Shown piece after piece: positions 40,901 to 47,604 of a stretch of DNA of 52,245 nucleotides. How positions within the stretch are numbered: the first letter of the stretch is position 1; every line of letters begins with the position of its first letter. The position numbers and the translations under genes were made by a program. The DNA lies in IMG/VR virus record IMGVR_UViG_3300030106_004934, positions 1 to 52,245 of that record; one strand, written 5' to 3'. The stretch is from a virus. Taxonomy: Duplodnaviria > Caudoviricetes. The notes under the pieces are model-generated. The model did no database searches. It saw only the letters and a program-made list of their open reading frames with translations, and was not told the origin of the DNA.

Positions 40901-41147
40901 AGTAGATCCAGTTCTTTTATATAAAGCTTCAATTAGACTTAGGGAAGCTGGAATACCAGTTGATCAACAATGGGGAAGAATGAAACATCTTGTAAATGAG
41001 GATGGAACTTTACGAAATTATGGTCACGATAAAATATTTATTAGTGAGAAAGATGCATTAAAACGTGCAAATGAACTGGGTGAAAAAGGTGGAAAGGAAC
41101 AATCTACTACAGAATTTTTAGAAGAAACTATAGGATGCTATAAATAG
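31908..41147 (+). CDS. Giant virion protein, probable single-chain double-psi-barrel RNA polymerase (crAss gp66-like)
   Basis: 3079 aa; IADG (~aa 1759), FKSANK (~aa 1852), SRQP (~aa 2223), DADYDFDK (aa 2267-2274); AGGAG SD. Confidence 0.7.
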   Translation: MRNSFDQSAYLQRLAQQEEEQRYRYGGAPEEQEKVTTGNAAWDFFGQMLWGGAESLTWSGLAAADVFGEAQAERRGEEYTSWQETLSGVDADWDELTGWGKAGYSVGTAVGMIPSFGVGKTVGVGAVKSLEKLVAQKAFGSGAPKMVAKKSAKELTEKVGEIGLKKNGTQVVETLDLDANTTKEIIEEGYATLQAAKAAKLYADDALKEVYEANMASSLKGKISSIAKLPDDQASELSKEVIKIVTRNNPDDAMTMIQMYAQNTPGLKRLIGGESTSRIVSAMGYDAAIGIGMGFQKVAADEIYKQLWGVERNEDTHQFDYTNNYDFDMNETGMNFLKEAGTSAWHFALIGPVKFIKGGTAGQHRQRLTQIIGQNFKSVKPVNNMNNESLRAQITAIDQISGGWLHKTFSRTNNKYPKNARWWETKTGEFGPDGKEIFSSKDNELLRNFLKDLRSDFLKKAPMAWVKEFKTDVFRSLPRMSAGVVAMNTPGMIDSFYNLGFTRQALNSAFGESPQEVVANVMTAAWFTRRPHSFNTEATGPMFKSMIETGTIDAYINAKHSKLRKVMGGLQTYGKNNEALWGAIRQYGDPTSNQNVAKTIQSNADTAIKKYFDTTAEFETIRKAFENIPKNEAGGVDIETAYKKKINEMLRNGDISIEEAQRYRDNLSVSSEILKLYRENSGESLASDLFTPESAFTVINNIAGMQFNGKLLTARNIGPELDVYRETSIAKATLPHTNILKQFVIDTYEALGLGDRIEIEPNTGALKIPEIIGKGIIKFPSTDMETSLATVIEGGRKNGWIQSKLGRTPSQSELFYDQKILNKTTEVYNEAVDRMMSSVWGQNWKEQKIERDILILENPVWEITYNDFIQNRRRSNAYQILTGGKNHTLNPTEANQAIDVLNQLLRYKNRREVAKQGENEKYKPTYEHGEVEQFINRLHKNIKLLNPGISAVKNVPLTFTEAHNLMEMISGKNKRGGLLGDIFTSTQEAMNFEAYVLRKAIHRLTAMDHKINVDIAASLLQLIENPVFDFSKEGKDIVLPDLARVKNALNADKSISPETTQELITFYTDITQAVKDSNFPVRFEPSVGERSKGDFAQSLIAARAVGRNQMERLSLDTSEQLKSALENQSTKLSDQVLWLDVGLDATDTKIRRQYELELRELTQARESTEQLIKYINDGLTLKNPYTLSAISSRRGDINNAIQMLNSGPIQSTRAKYATELLRIQREIDAQRSREALNEMTLNDLMKEQIASYKIGDKDVQEKSLRITVEQFQIKYEVKGADLNRIFEFDQVGQRSKKDTESFVRDLLREFYDSPAEVLNKDNIATINKIKNNILNSPDMLSFDPNTSEGKVNFTNFIVEPIKAMQKEGIELLKEKAAADPKIKIPTEAEQFTDLYTVTSNYFSKKVIKTLKIDARSGVNRLIQSEKKIGDKATGFGGILKYLDPFQQYIYMAETSASDFKGRLIRNILGDSLDKLNAELSSGNYTIHHVSGKQHFYNYSDLTTMKSVNRQPGITGQRFTIVPINESTPLIIRVDRTGKGESIHSEIKSQFRPSDKKTGDKGGELFQILEAIYDGDIYKQNSPKHEAIRNLLRQVQDSKTAEDAATAVKLTRLLLNMPDFVEKAVRNNTLDLDIAEIKNRQKRDKLAETKNGFIPTKENLIRAASMYKDSGSLLHETAYKNIKKWIEPQANGKYRKMKVVSIDDEGKTYSPDGRELTNVFDAMKRHEIELESRLAKGEITPNEFNMNKEMFSKAYKSIADGEFFVSKDLYLASISLIGLHPDHVQTSKYKLPDGSTGMSINGFHSGGVKPTIAHSKVNLETGRVEVFFGKTALKYNPLMDNLLNNLGVDAITFKSANKINSLKKGFNEDFSQPYSEVKGLEPKDPKLLNLDWTSYVKGKDNFREFQTIEVPLEAIALRTISKGQHDPLVGQNAGVHMSADNGIVEWIGLDAKLNTYYTNLAGMQKDPMHRTALAQRVLGKRAEEGDPSVVNSAISSILNSNGMILEPWAKAQMEQNLVGYYLNNGAIAGGKVKEGSLDIMSMDMGYLKPTIRSNRSDHALGVTEIQNSVKFFGEFIQSYHASTKDFVKMGQQGNGVHSVLIQKLKYMSERELRDKETNKLQASEADGFLVQVGNEVFLQIEGRYMDNAGYIRDINSSKSLPISSEAIAFNKNVFAKALETQNLIYKQISPNASIGDVMHLIKNGSHLKTGMWGPTISIGALNSRQPRNMMGDIVISRLAFNRDGSAYVNRKAGNVSRMNYLDAIKPQDADYDFDKSFNYNAAPGKFWREANKLAGYITTGKEASREIDRIFDVNQNDTFSKYVADKAGPDHSYEKNQNIIDNAKGTFIKMHQTATYLVNMFRNDPLIANIEYSTARNARATFRVVLSEQGKQITTVDNISKMATKFIDIYKNLPSDKEYQQNRQKIQNDIWFGENGLFEIESFDPTKRSGSQYQKQPSLRLSDSEFVDVTNFMNRRIIMPVNEYLQLNKGSMTDPAGMRSKALLGDYSRAYEKLLMDLDPLSNQWKKGMILQTPGLNTAANFLATSKLPFDFAMREMHKIHRDVVELQQRDKIGKGASEAQEFINYIEGGLDAIKRPNESRDAAYNRMFNKALQEYVLEEGKIIRLTDLDYQIKSVTYEIERRKPYEGKNPQQKTLDLEAKKTRLTDMREMLLESISYKFDNKFIPGKSEFSNEVALNKVVKTNIERNKETYYATKNSVVVDKSGKIKEVILKNRVNRQKIFKSDKIIENGRRFAMDNASMQTDLAILYQAYSGNARIKLGKGKSAKWEYIDTYESNKYINQLYVDLQRELIKLHQNSNKDNRRKNIYDIIDYSAEQKQLIYDHLFNMDLNPATQKALMLRMLTPNISDKVVSVRSTTGLSQGVQYDYMYMQNMMSKPLMTILSEIVSGKKKGGNKEFAEEFINDLNVLKNAAFLQSKDPNLDFELSKVKMYTEAASLDGFLTSEKILNPEVFQKSRSEDVVMKRAAKLMIDYAQGKGLVDPVLLYKASIRLREAGIPVDQQWGRMKHLVNEDGTLRNYGHDKIFISEKDALKRANELGEKGGKEQSTTEFLEETIGCYK

Positions 41148-41155
41148 GAGAACAT

Positions 41156-44100
41156 ATGGCTAACGGCTTAATATGCAAATCAAAACAATTTTTTAGAAAA
41201 ATGGAACCTGCCTCTAAAAAGGTTCAACAAAATGTATATAAAAATATGATGAAGCTTGGTAAAAACTGGCAAGAAGGCAACGGATATGATAATGTCAGAG
41301 ATTTAAAATACAACAACCTTGAAACATTTAAATGGCTTTATGAAAAATATACGTTTAAACCATTTGACGCTGTAGAATTTCCTATAAATAACAAAGATGT
41401 AAGAAAATTAGAATTAGGACTTAATTATTATAATCAAAAACTAGCTAAAAAAGAAGGTTATTTTGCAGCTAAATTCCATGTTCCAAGACAAGCTATGAAA
41501 AACTTTCCTGAATTAATGAAATTTGAAAAAGAATTAAGTAATCAAACTAGTTTTTTTAGATCATTTACAAATGAAACTGCTGGACCTGTTAATGATATAC
41601 TGAGCACATTTAAAAAATATACTGCAAGTTTTGGGAATGGGGTGTCTAAATATTTTATAAATATGGCAGGAAAGGGAGAAAAAGAGCTAGCAAAGTATCA
41701 AAATAGGTATGAAAATCTTTTAGAACAAATAACAGTTGCTAAAAATAAAGGTAATTTAAACCAATTAAGTAATGAAATTAGAATTGTTACAAAGAAAATA
41801 TCAAAATTTTATGAATCAGGAGCAGGGGAAGCTTTAAATTCTTTTTTAAGTGTACTAGAAGGCGCTAATCCTGAAACTGTTACTAGCCGTGATGGCAAAC
41901 CTTTAACTTCAAGGCAAAAAAGTCAGTTAAAAGATATGCAAAAAAACTATTATAAAATTAGAAATAAAGGTGCTTCAGCATTAATTAGAGGATTATTAAA
42001 AGTAGAAAAGATTGCTAAAGAAAGAAATTTAGAATGGGCTGAATCTACTAGCACTAAAATTAAGGGATTAATAAAAGCTATTGAATTTCAAAACACTAAA
42101 GATAATAATGGTCAAATATTAGATTATATAGATTTACAGCCAGCAAGAGATTTTAGAAAATTAGGGTGGTCTCAATCTGAAATGGAAGTTATTGGAGTCA
42201 ATAGTCAAACTCCAGTAGCTTTTTCTAAGCATTATATGTCTCATTATACTTTAGGTTTATTAAAGACTATTAAAGATTTTTCAAATGATGTAAATGAAAG
42301 AAAACTTAATCCTTCTGAAAAACTTAATAGAGATTTAGACAAATGGGAGTCTATTGTAAATGTTGCAAAAGGAAGAGATGATATATCTCATCCAGTTTAT
42401 AATGCTAATCCGTTTTTCTTTCTTAAAAAATATATTAGTGATGTAGGAATGTTTAATTACAGAACTCACGTTACAGATATATTTCAAAAAACTAGAAATA
42501 AATTAGTAAATGAACATTTAAAACCAGCTGAATTAACAGGAAATAAAAAATTATATGAAAGTATAATGTCAATTATTAAGCTAGCTGAAGATGTTGAAAG
42601 AGATATATCAATAGCAGATTTCTCAAAAGAAGGCGTATTGACAGATGTTAGAAGAGGATTAACAGCTTTAACTTATTTTAGATTAATGGGAGGAAATTTA
42701 AGATCTGCTGGAAGAAACTGGACTCAAAGATTATATGAATTATATGATTTTGGTGTAGGGGCTACATTTGAATCAAGGCAATGGTATAAAACTGGCAGAG
42801 GCACGGAAAACACAGATGCTTTAAACAGACAATTAAATAGATTTGGATTGCAATGGTTTGATGGAAAAAGTGTAACATCTAATTTACTAAATAAATTCAG
42901 ATCTCAAAATCAAATAGATAACAGAACTGAGGGTGCTATTGAACAAAGCCATGTAATGGGCAGAAATCTTTACATTAATGAAAAAGGTGAATTAACTATT
43001 AATGAGGGTGCTAGACCAACTGCTCAAATAGTTTCTGGAATAAGCGAATTATCTAGATCTACAGGTATGTTGCATAGAATAGTAGAAGATGCTAATAGAT
43101 CTGGAACATTTAAAACAGCGTTTGCTTTAGCAATGAAAAACTTAGATGCTACATCTGAATCATTTCAAACAAGAAAATTACTTGACAAATTAGGCTTAAC
43201 TAGCGAAATTAAAAAAGCCAAAGGTGAAGGCTATCAAATTGAATATAAGGATTTGGTTGAAAAATTTGGCACAAGAAAAGCTCAAGAAAAATTACAAAAC
43301 TGGAGAGAAACAGAATCTGGTCAAATGGCATACAATTCTGTGCTAGATTTGCATTTTGAATATGCTAAATGGGGCAAGCCTGATATTATAAAAGCTACTG
43401 CTGATGATAATCCTTATATAGGTCTTGCAAAAGCTGGTATAGGGCAATTTCAACATTATAAATTCAATGTATTTTCATTATTAAACCAATGGATTAAAGA
43501 GGCTAATATATCGTATAGAGCTGGTGATTTTAGGAGTGAACAGGCTATAAAACCATTAAGATATGCTTTATTGCAAGGAACTATAGCGGCTGCTACTATT
43601 GCAGGGAAAGTAGAGATAGGGAAATTAGCAAGTAATGATGTAGCAGATTTTAGTAAAGCTATGTATAATTATCTTTCCTTTAACAGGGAATACTATGTTG
43701 ATGGTGAAGTTACAATGGAAACAGCAAAAGCATTGCATAAGTCAACTTATGGACAGGGTGGAGCGTATTTCCTTGGACCTAACGCAGGTCTTGCAATGGA
43801 TATTTTTGAATGGATAGCATTGGATAAATCATTAGCTAGTCCAGAATCTTTAATGGAACGTGGTAAGTGGATGGAGTTAGTGGAAAAAAGTATTAATAAA
43901 GATGATCGTAGAATGCTATATGATCAATTAGCTGTATTTAATGCTCAAGCAGCTAGGTTTGGTGCATATACTCTTCCTTTATTAAAATCAGGAGGAGGAG
44001 TTATAGATGCTTTACAATTAGAACTTGGCTTATTTCCTTCAAAACACACAAGAAAATGGAATGATAAAATGTGGGGAAGGAAAAAGAAAAAACGTAAATC

Positions 44101-44167
44101 TGCTAAAAAAGATTATGATTATCAAGAAAGACGTAATATATTATCAGCGTTAAGAAGAATAACATAA
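41156..44167 (+). CDS. Large internal virion protein
   Basis: 1003 aa helical; VEDANRSGTF...LHFEYAKWGKP...GQFQHY resembles podovirus ejection proteins. Confidence 0.6.
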   Translation: MANGLICKSKQFFRKMEPASKKVQQNVYKNMMKLGKNWQEGNGYDNVRDLKYNNLETFKWLYEKYTFKPFDAVEFPINNKDVRKLELGLNYYNQKLAKKEGYFAAKFHVPRQAMKNFPELMKFEKELSNQTSFFRSFTNETAGPVNDILSTFKKYTASFGNGVSKYFINMAGKGEKELAKYQNRYENLLEQITVAKNKGNLNQLSNEIRIVTKKISKFYESGAGEALNSFLSVLEGANPETVTSRDGKPLTSRQKSQLKDMQKNYYKIRNKGASALIRGLLKVEKIAKERNLEWAESTSTKIKGLIKAIEFQNTKDNNGQILDYIDLQPARDFRKLGWSQSEMEVIGVNSQTPVAFSKHYMSHYTLGLLKTIKDFSNDVNERKLNPSEKLNRDLDKWESIVNVAKGRDDISHPVYNANPFFFLKKYISDVGMFNYRTHVTDIFQKTRNKLVNEHLKPAELTGNKKLYESIMSIIKLAEDVERDISIADFSKEGVLTDVRRGLTALTYFRLMGGNLRSAGRNWTQRLYELYDFGVGATFESRQWYKTGRGTENTDALNRQLNRFGLQWFDGKSVTSNLLNKFRSQNQIDNRTEGAIEQSHVMGRNLYINEKGELTINEGARPTAQIVSGISELSRSTGMLHRIVEDANRSGTFKTAFALAMKNLDATSESFQTRKLLDKLGLTSEIKKAKGEGYQIEYKDLVEKFGTRKAQEKLQNWRETESGQMAYNSVLDLHFEYAKWGKPDIIKATADDNPYIGLAKAGIGQFQHYKFNVFSLLNQWIKEANISYRAGDFRSEQAIKPLRYALLQGTIAAATIAGKVEIGKLASNDVADFSKAMYNYLSFNREYYVDGEVTMETAKALHKSTYGQGGAYFLGPNAGLAMDIFEWIALDKSLASPESLMERGKWMELVEKSINKDDRRMLYDQLAVFNAQAARFGAYTLPLLKSGGGVIDALQLELGLFPSKHTRKWNDKMWGRKKKKRKSAKKDYDYQERRNILSALRRIT

Positions 44168-44173
44168 CTGTGT

Positions 44174-44869
44174 ATGCTAATAGAAAAAGATATTATTGCA
44201 GCTGATCAATGGGATGGCATTGAAAGGCTTTTTAAAAACTTAGAACCTATAGATGGAAAAACTACTGCTGGCCATCAAATTAAACATTTAAAACAAAGCT
44301 CTATATTTACAGATAAACATATTTCTCCAACAATATTTACTAAAGAAGTCGTAAGAGTTTTAGCTACTGCATTACATGGATTTAAAAATGCTAATATTAG
44401 ATTAAGCACTTATAAAAAGGGCGATTTTTATGATTGGCATGTTGATGCGCAACATAATAAAAGCCACAATAGCCCTATAGAAAGCAATGTATTTTCTTTA
44501 TCTTATACTATTTTTTTAAACGATCCTAAGAACTACACTGGAGGAGAATTGGATGTTAGAACTGAAAATGGTATGCAAACTTTTAAATTGAATAAAGGTG
44601 ATATGGTTTTATATCCATCAGATTATTTGCATAGAGTTAGAAAAATTACAAAAGGTAAAAGAAAAGTAGCTTTAGGATGGATTCAGCCGATTATACCAAA
44701 TGAAAAAGATAGATTTACTTTAACTGAATTGCATAAATCTCAAGAATTATTGAAAGGCGTGGAACAAGTTTTAGAAGATTGTAAAGAAAAAGATGATTTA
44801 GTTAAAGCATATACAAAGCTACATTTTATCAGAACACAATTTATGAGAAAGTGTTATCATAACCTGTAA
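44174..44869 (+). CDS. PKHD-type 2OG-Fe(II) oxygenase (YbiX/PiuC-like)
   Basis: YDWHVD, LSYTIFLNDP.NYTGGEL, LYPS..LHRV...G.R. Confidence 0.9.
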   Translation: MLIEKDIIAADQWDGIERLFKNLEPIDGKTTAGHQIKHLKQSSIFTDKHISPTIFTKEVVRVLATALHGFKNANIRLSTYKKGDFYDWHVDAQHNKSHNSPIESNVFSLSYTIFLNDPKNYTGGELDVRTENGMQTFKLNKGDMVLYPSDYLHRVRKITKGKRKVALGWIQPIIPNEKDRFTLTELHKSQELLKGVEQVLEDCKEKDDLVKAYTKLHFIRTQFMRKCYHNL

Positions 44870-44890
44870 ATTAATACAGGCTATGACAAC
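44853..44890. terminator. Inverted repeat at the convergence of the two arms
   Basis: GTTATCATAACCTGTA/TACAGGCTATGACAAC. Confidence 0.55.
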
Positions 44891-44898
44891 TTTAGAAA

Positions 44899-45036
44899 CT
44901 ACTTCCTAAGAAAGCTATAGACTAAATCTGTTATTTTATTTAGTTTTCTTTCTATTCTTTCTAAGGCGTAACGGTCATATTTATTCATATTACCATTATC
45001 TTTGTTTTTGTTATAGTGTTTAAATACTACAGGCAT
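44899..45036 (-). CDS. Small hypothetical protein (45 aa)
   Basis: MPVVFKHYNKNKDNG...; TAATG coupling. Confidence 0.45.
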   Translation of the reverse strand: MPVVFKHYNKNKDNGNMNKYDRYALERIERKLNKITDLVYSFLRK

Positions 45037-45398
45037 TATTCCATCTCCCTTATTTGTTCTTCAAGATCAGAAGCATGATTGCTATATTTGTGCAAATCAA
45101 GTATCATTTTTAGAAAATCAGGGTATCTTATAACTACTAATGTTTCTTCCCTGTCCTCTTTAATTAAAGCTATATCACAACTTTCAGGAGGTTTCATAAA
45201 AGACGCAATCTTTTTACGCATTTTACATTGACCTTTTAATCCATCTATTTTAACATCTACATCTTCAGCTTCTCCTAAAGACATTCCATTACTGGCATAT
45301 GCACGAATAGCTTTAATTCCTAACTCTTTAGCTTGATTGACTACTAATCTTTCAAGCCTGTTTCCTCTTGCTTTGTTTTTGCTCGGCATATTTTTCAA
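45036..45398 (-). CDS. Holliday junction resolvase-like PD-(D/E)xK nuclease
   Basis: KNKARGNRLER...DV...QCK; likely true start at MPSK. Confidence 0.75.
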   Translation of the reverse strand: MKNMPSKNKARGNRLERLVVNQAKELGIKAIRAYASNGMSLGEAEDVDVKIDGLKGQCKMRKKIASFMKPPESCDIALIKEDREETLVVIRYPDFLKMILDLHKYSNHASDLEEQIREME

Positions 45399-45648
45399 TC
45401 TCCTTTCTTAGTTTTTGATTATATCTTTTTAAAGCTTCATTAGATTCCTTGATCATAGCTTCAAGTCTATACAATCCAGTTTCTTTTTCTGCTGTAGGAA
45501 TTTTAGTTTTTACACTATCCATCTCCTCATTTAATAATTGTATAGACCTTTCTTGCTTACTAATAACTTCTAAAAGCTCTTGTTTTTCTTCTGTCAATCT
45601 TTTTACTTCAGTCAATGCTTCTTCAAACACTTCAAGACTTGGTGTCAT
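45352..45648 (-). CDS. Coiled-coil hypothetical protein
   Basis: 98-aa ORF in an overlapping operon. Confidence 0.6.
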   Translation of the reverse strand: MTPSLEVFEEALTEVKRLTEEKQELLEVISKQERSIQLLNEEMDSVKTKIPTAEKETGLYRLEAMIKESNEALKRYNQKLRKEIEKYAEQKQSKRKQA

Positions 45649-45889
45649 CTTTTGCTCTCTCCTTTGCTTGTTTTTTTAGCTCTTTTTCTACCCATTTTTT
45701 CCATTTATCACCGTCACCTTTGAATTCTATATAAGAAGATAATGCTCCATCTAAACTTCTTATAGCACCTTCCATAGCTTCTAAGTTTTTGCTAAGACTT
45801 TCAAACATTCCTTCAACTACTTTTAATAGTGGTGGTGTTATTTTGTTTGGTTTGACTTTAGGTTTTTTATTTGCATGTTTTTTAGCCAT
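45632..45889 (-). CDS. Hypothetical protein
   Basis: 85-aa ORF, TAATG coupling. Confidence 0.6.
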   Translation of the reverse strand: MAKKHANKKPKVKPNKITPPLLKVVEGMFESLSKNLEAMEGAIRSLDGALSSYIEFKGDGDKWKKWVEKELKKQAKERAKDDTKS

Positions 45890-46083
45890 TATTCTAACCC
45901 CAATCTATCCATAGCTTTACCTAATTGAGCAGATATTAGATTAATTGCATTTGAATGTTCGTTTATAACATCAGTCAATTCATTTAATCTAGTTAGTATA
46001 TCAGATATTACTGCTTCATCTCTATTTTCAACTACTTTTTTATCAGCAGCTTTTTTATTTTTTCTTCTTGTTGTATCAGCCAT
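45889..46083 (-). CDS. Hypothetical protein
   Basis: 64-aa ORF, AGGAGG SD. Confidence 0.65.
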   Translation of the reverse strand: MADTTRRKNKKAADKKVVENRDEAVISDILTRLNELTDVINEHSNAINLISAQLGKAMDRLGLE

Positions 46084-46092
46084 TACGACCTC

Positions 46093-46254
46093 CTATTTTA
46101 CTGGTTCTTTACCTTTTAGTTTACATTGATATAGGTATCTTTGCCTTTTATGCACTGTCCAAGGACTAAAATAATAATAGTCCATAGGCTTAGGATTTGC
46201 AGCCATACCTATATCAGTTCTTGTTACGAAATCAAAATACTCACTTAGTCTCAT
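46093..46254 (-). CDS. Small hypothetical protein (53 aa)
   Basis: MRLSEYFDFVTRTDIG...; AGGAG SD. Confidence 0.55.
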   Translation of the reverse strand: MRLSEYFDFVTRTDIGMAANPKPMDYYYFSPWTVHKRQRYLYQCKLKGKEPVK

Positions 46255-46600
46255 CGACTCTCCTGTAATAATGTTTTGATTTTCCTGGATAGTTTTCTTT
46301 TTGAGATTGAATCATACCCCATAATATACATAAATATACGATAGCATCTGTTAATCTTCCTGTGACATCTTCTCTTTGAGATCTGTGTCCTTTTAAATAC
46401 GATGCTATACCATCTACGTGTTTCATAAAGTATACCCATAATATAGTCTCACGATCCATATCCATTTGTGTTGCTATTCTTTCAAAGTTTGCAAATACAT
46501 TATCTTCGTCCATAGCATATTCTTTTTGACCTTCAGTATGTATTTCTTTTACTTGCAAGAATATTTTTCTAATTAATTCCATCATTTGTTTATGTTTCAT
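46241..46600 (-). CDS. Nucleotide-modification-associated domain 1 (DUF1599)-like protein
   Basis: KEYA...FANF...K...D.IVY pattern; AAGGAG SD. Confidence 0.55.
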   Translation of the reverse strand: MKHKQMMELIRKIFLQVKEIHTEGQKEYAMDEDNVFANFERIATQMDMDRETILWVYFMKHVDGIASYLKGHRSQREDVTGRLTDAIVYLCILWGMIQSQKENYPGKSKHYYRRVDETK

Positions 46601-46609
46601 TTTTTCTCC

Positions 46610-47470
46610 TTAAAATATATATCTTATTTGTTGCCAAGGTAATATATGTTTATGTAATGTTTCAAATCCTGATATACATTTATATTTATAATCGTATTTA
46701 TAGCGTATATTTGTATTACCATATTGAGAAACTTTTGTTTCTTGTATATTAGGTTTCCATAACAATTCCTCTGCACTTTTATCATTATCAAGATTATATT
46801 CATGCATTTCTTTATTATGAGTAAGAAATATAACTTCACATTTAACTTTCTCTTTAATACTATCATCAACATATTTATCTACATCTTCAAATAATTTAGT
46901 ATACATTTTATTTGCTTTATCATGAACAATTACTGGAGAATAATTAAGATGAACATCGTACCCAGCCTTATAAAAATCATTAACAGCTTTAATTCTGTCT
47001 ATAATTTTAGATGTGCCAGGTTCTAGTTTATCTGATAGATCTTGAGGCATAAGACTAAATCTTATTCTAATCTTTCTATCAGCATCATAATCCAATAACT
47101 TTTTATTTACATATTTAGTAGCAGCAGTTCCTAATGCTTTTTCATGATACTTAAAATAATCAAATACTAAACGCCAATTGTGATATCTTGAGTGTAATAT
47201 AAAATCTTCATTACAACTAAAGTCATATGTGTAATATTCATTATGCGTTTGATTTGGTGTTTTAGGCCATGAAAGATCTTCACTGTGGTTTTCTATTGCT
47301 ATTAATATATCTTCTGGATTTTGTGCTATTGTAAGTCCGTGTGGTACATGCCTACGCATATAACAATATGAACATTTATACAAGCATCCAAAACCAAAAC
47401 TAGGTGTAATATAATCACTACTACGTCCAGATTTTCTAATAATCATAGACTTTCTATTTACATATTTCAT
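46610..47470 (-). CDS. Spore photoproduct lyase-like radical SAM protein
   Basis: GCLYKCSYCY, FSCNED, TKY, RFSL, EPGTS...RI.A; start placed at ATG 47470 after AAGGGGG. Confidence 0.85.
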   Translation of the reverse strand: MKYVNRKSMIIRKSGRSSDYITPSFGFGCLYKCSYCYMRRHVPHGLTIAQNPEDILIAIENHSEDLSWPKTPNQTHNEYYTYDFSCNEDFILHSRYHNWRLVFDYFKYHEKALGTAATKYVNKKLLDYDADRKIRIRFSLMPQDLSDKLEPGTSKIIDRIKAVNDFYKAGYDVHLNYSPVIVHDKANKMYTKLFEDVDKYVDDSIKEKVKCEVIFLTHNKEMHEYNLDNDKSAEELLWKPNIQETKVSQYGNTNIRYKYDYKYKCISGFETLHKHILPWQQIRYIF

Positions 47471-47487
47471 TTTTCCCCCTTTTGTCA

Positions 47488-47579
47488 ATTAGAGAGCCTC
47501 ACATATTCCTTTGCCTAACAGGGCACCTGAAAAGGTTATCGTAGTTAGGGCTTACAGGACCAGTTATTGACTCTCTAAT
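47488..47579 (-). ncRNA. Candidate cis-regulatory RNA upstream of the SPL-like gene
   Basis: 11-bp basal stem ATTAGAGAGTC/GGCTCTCTAAT with nested TCCT/AGGA, CCTAAC/GTTAGG and ACCT/AGGT. Confidence 0.5.
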
Positions 47580-47604
47580 CTCCTCCGACTGTCATCCGCT
47601 TTGC

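Noticed and set aside
5574-44869. Stop-codon reassignment as in some crAss-like phages
   Set aside because: Very long ORFs are intact in code 11; TAG and TGA end genes cleanly before the next start; no suppressor tRNA
47488-47579. Twister ribozyme or SAM-I riboswitch call
   Set aside because: Only short string similarity; the required helices and conserved residues could not be placed
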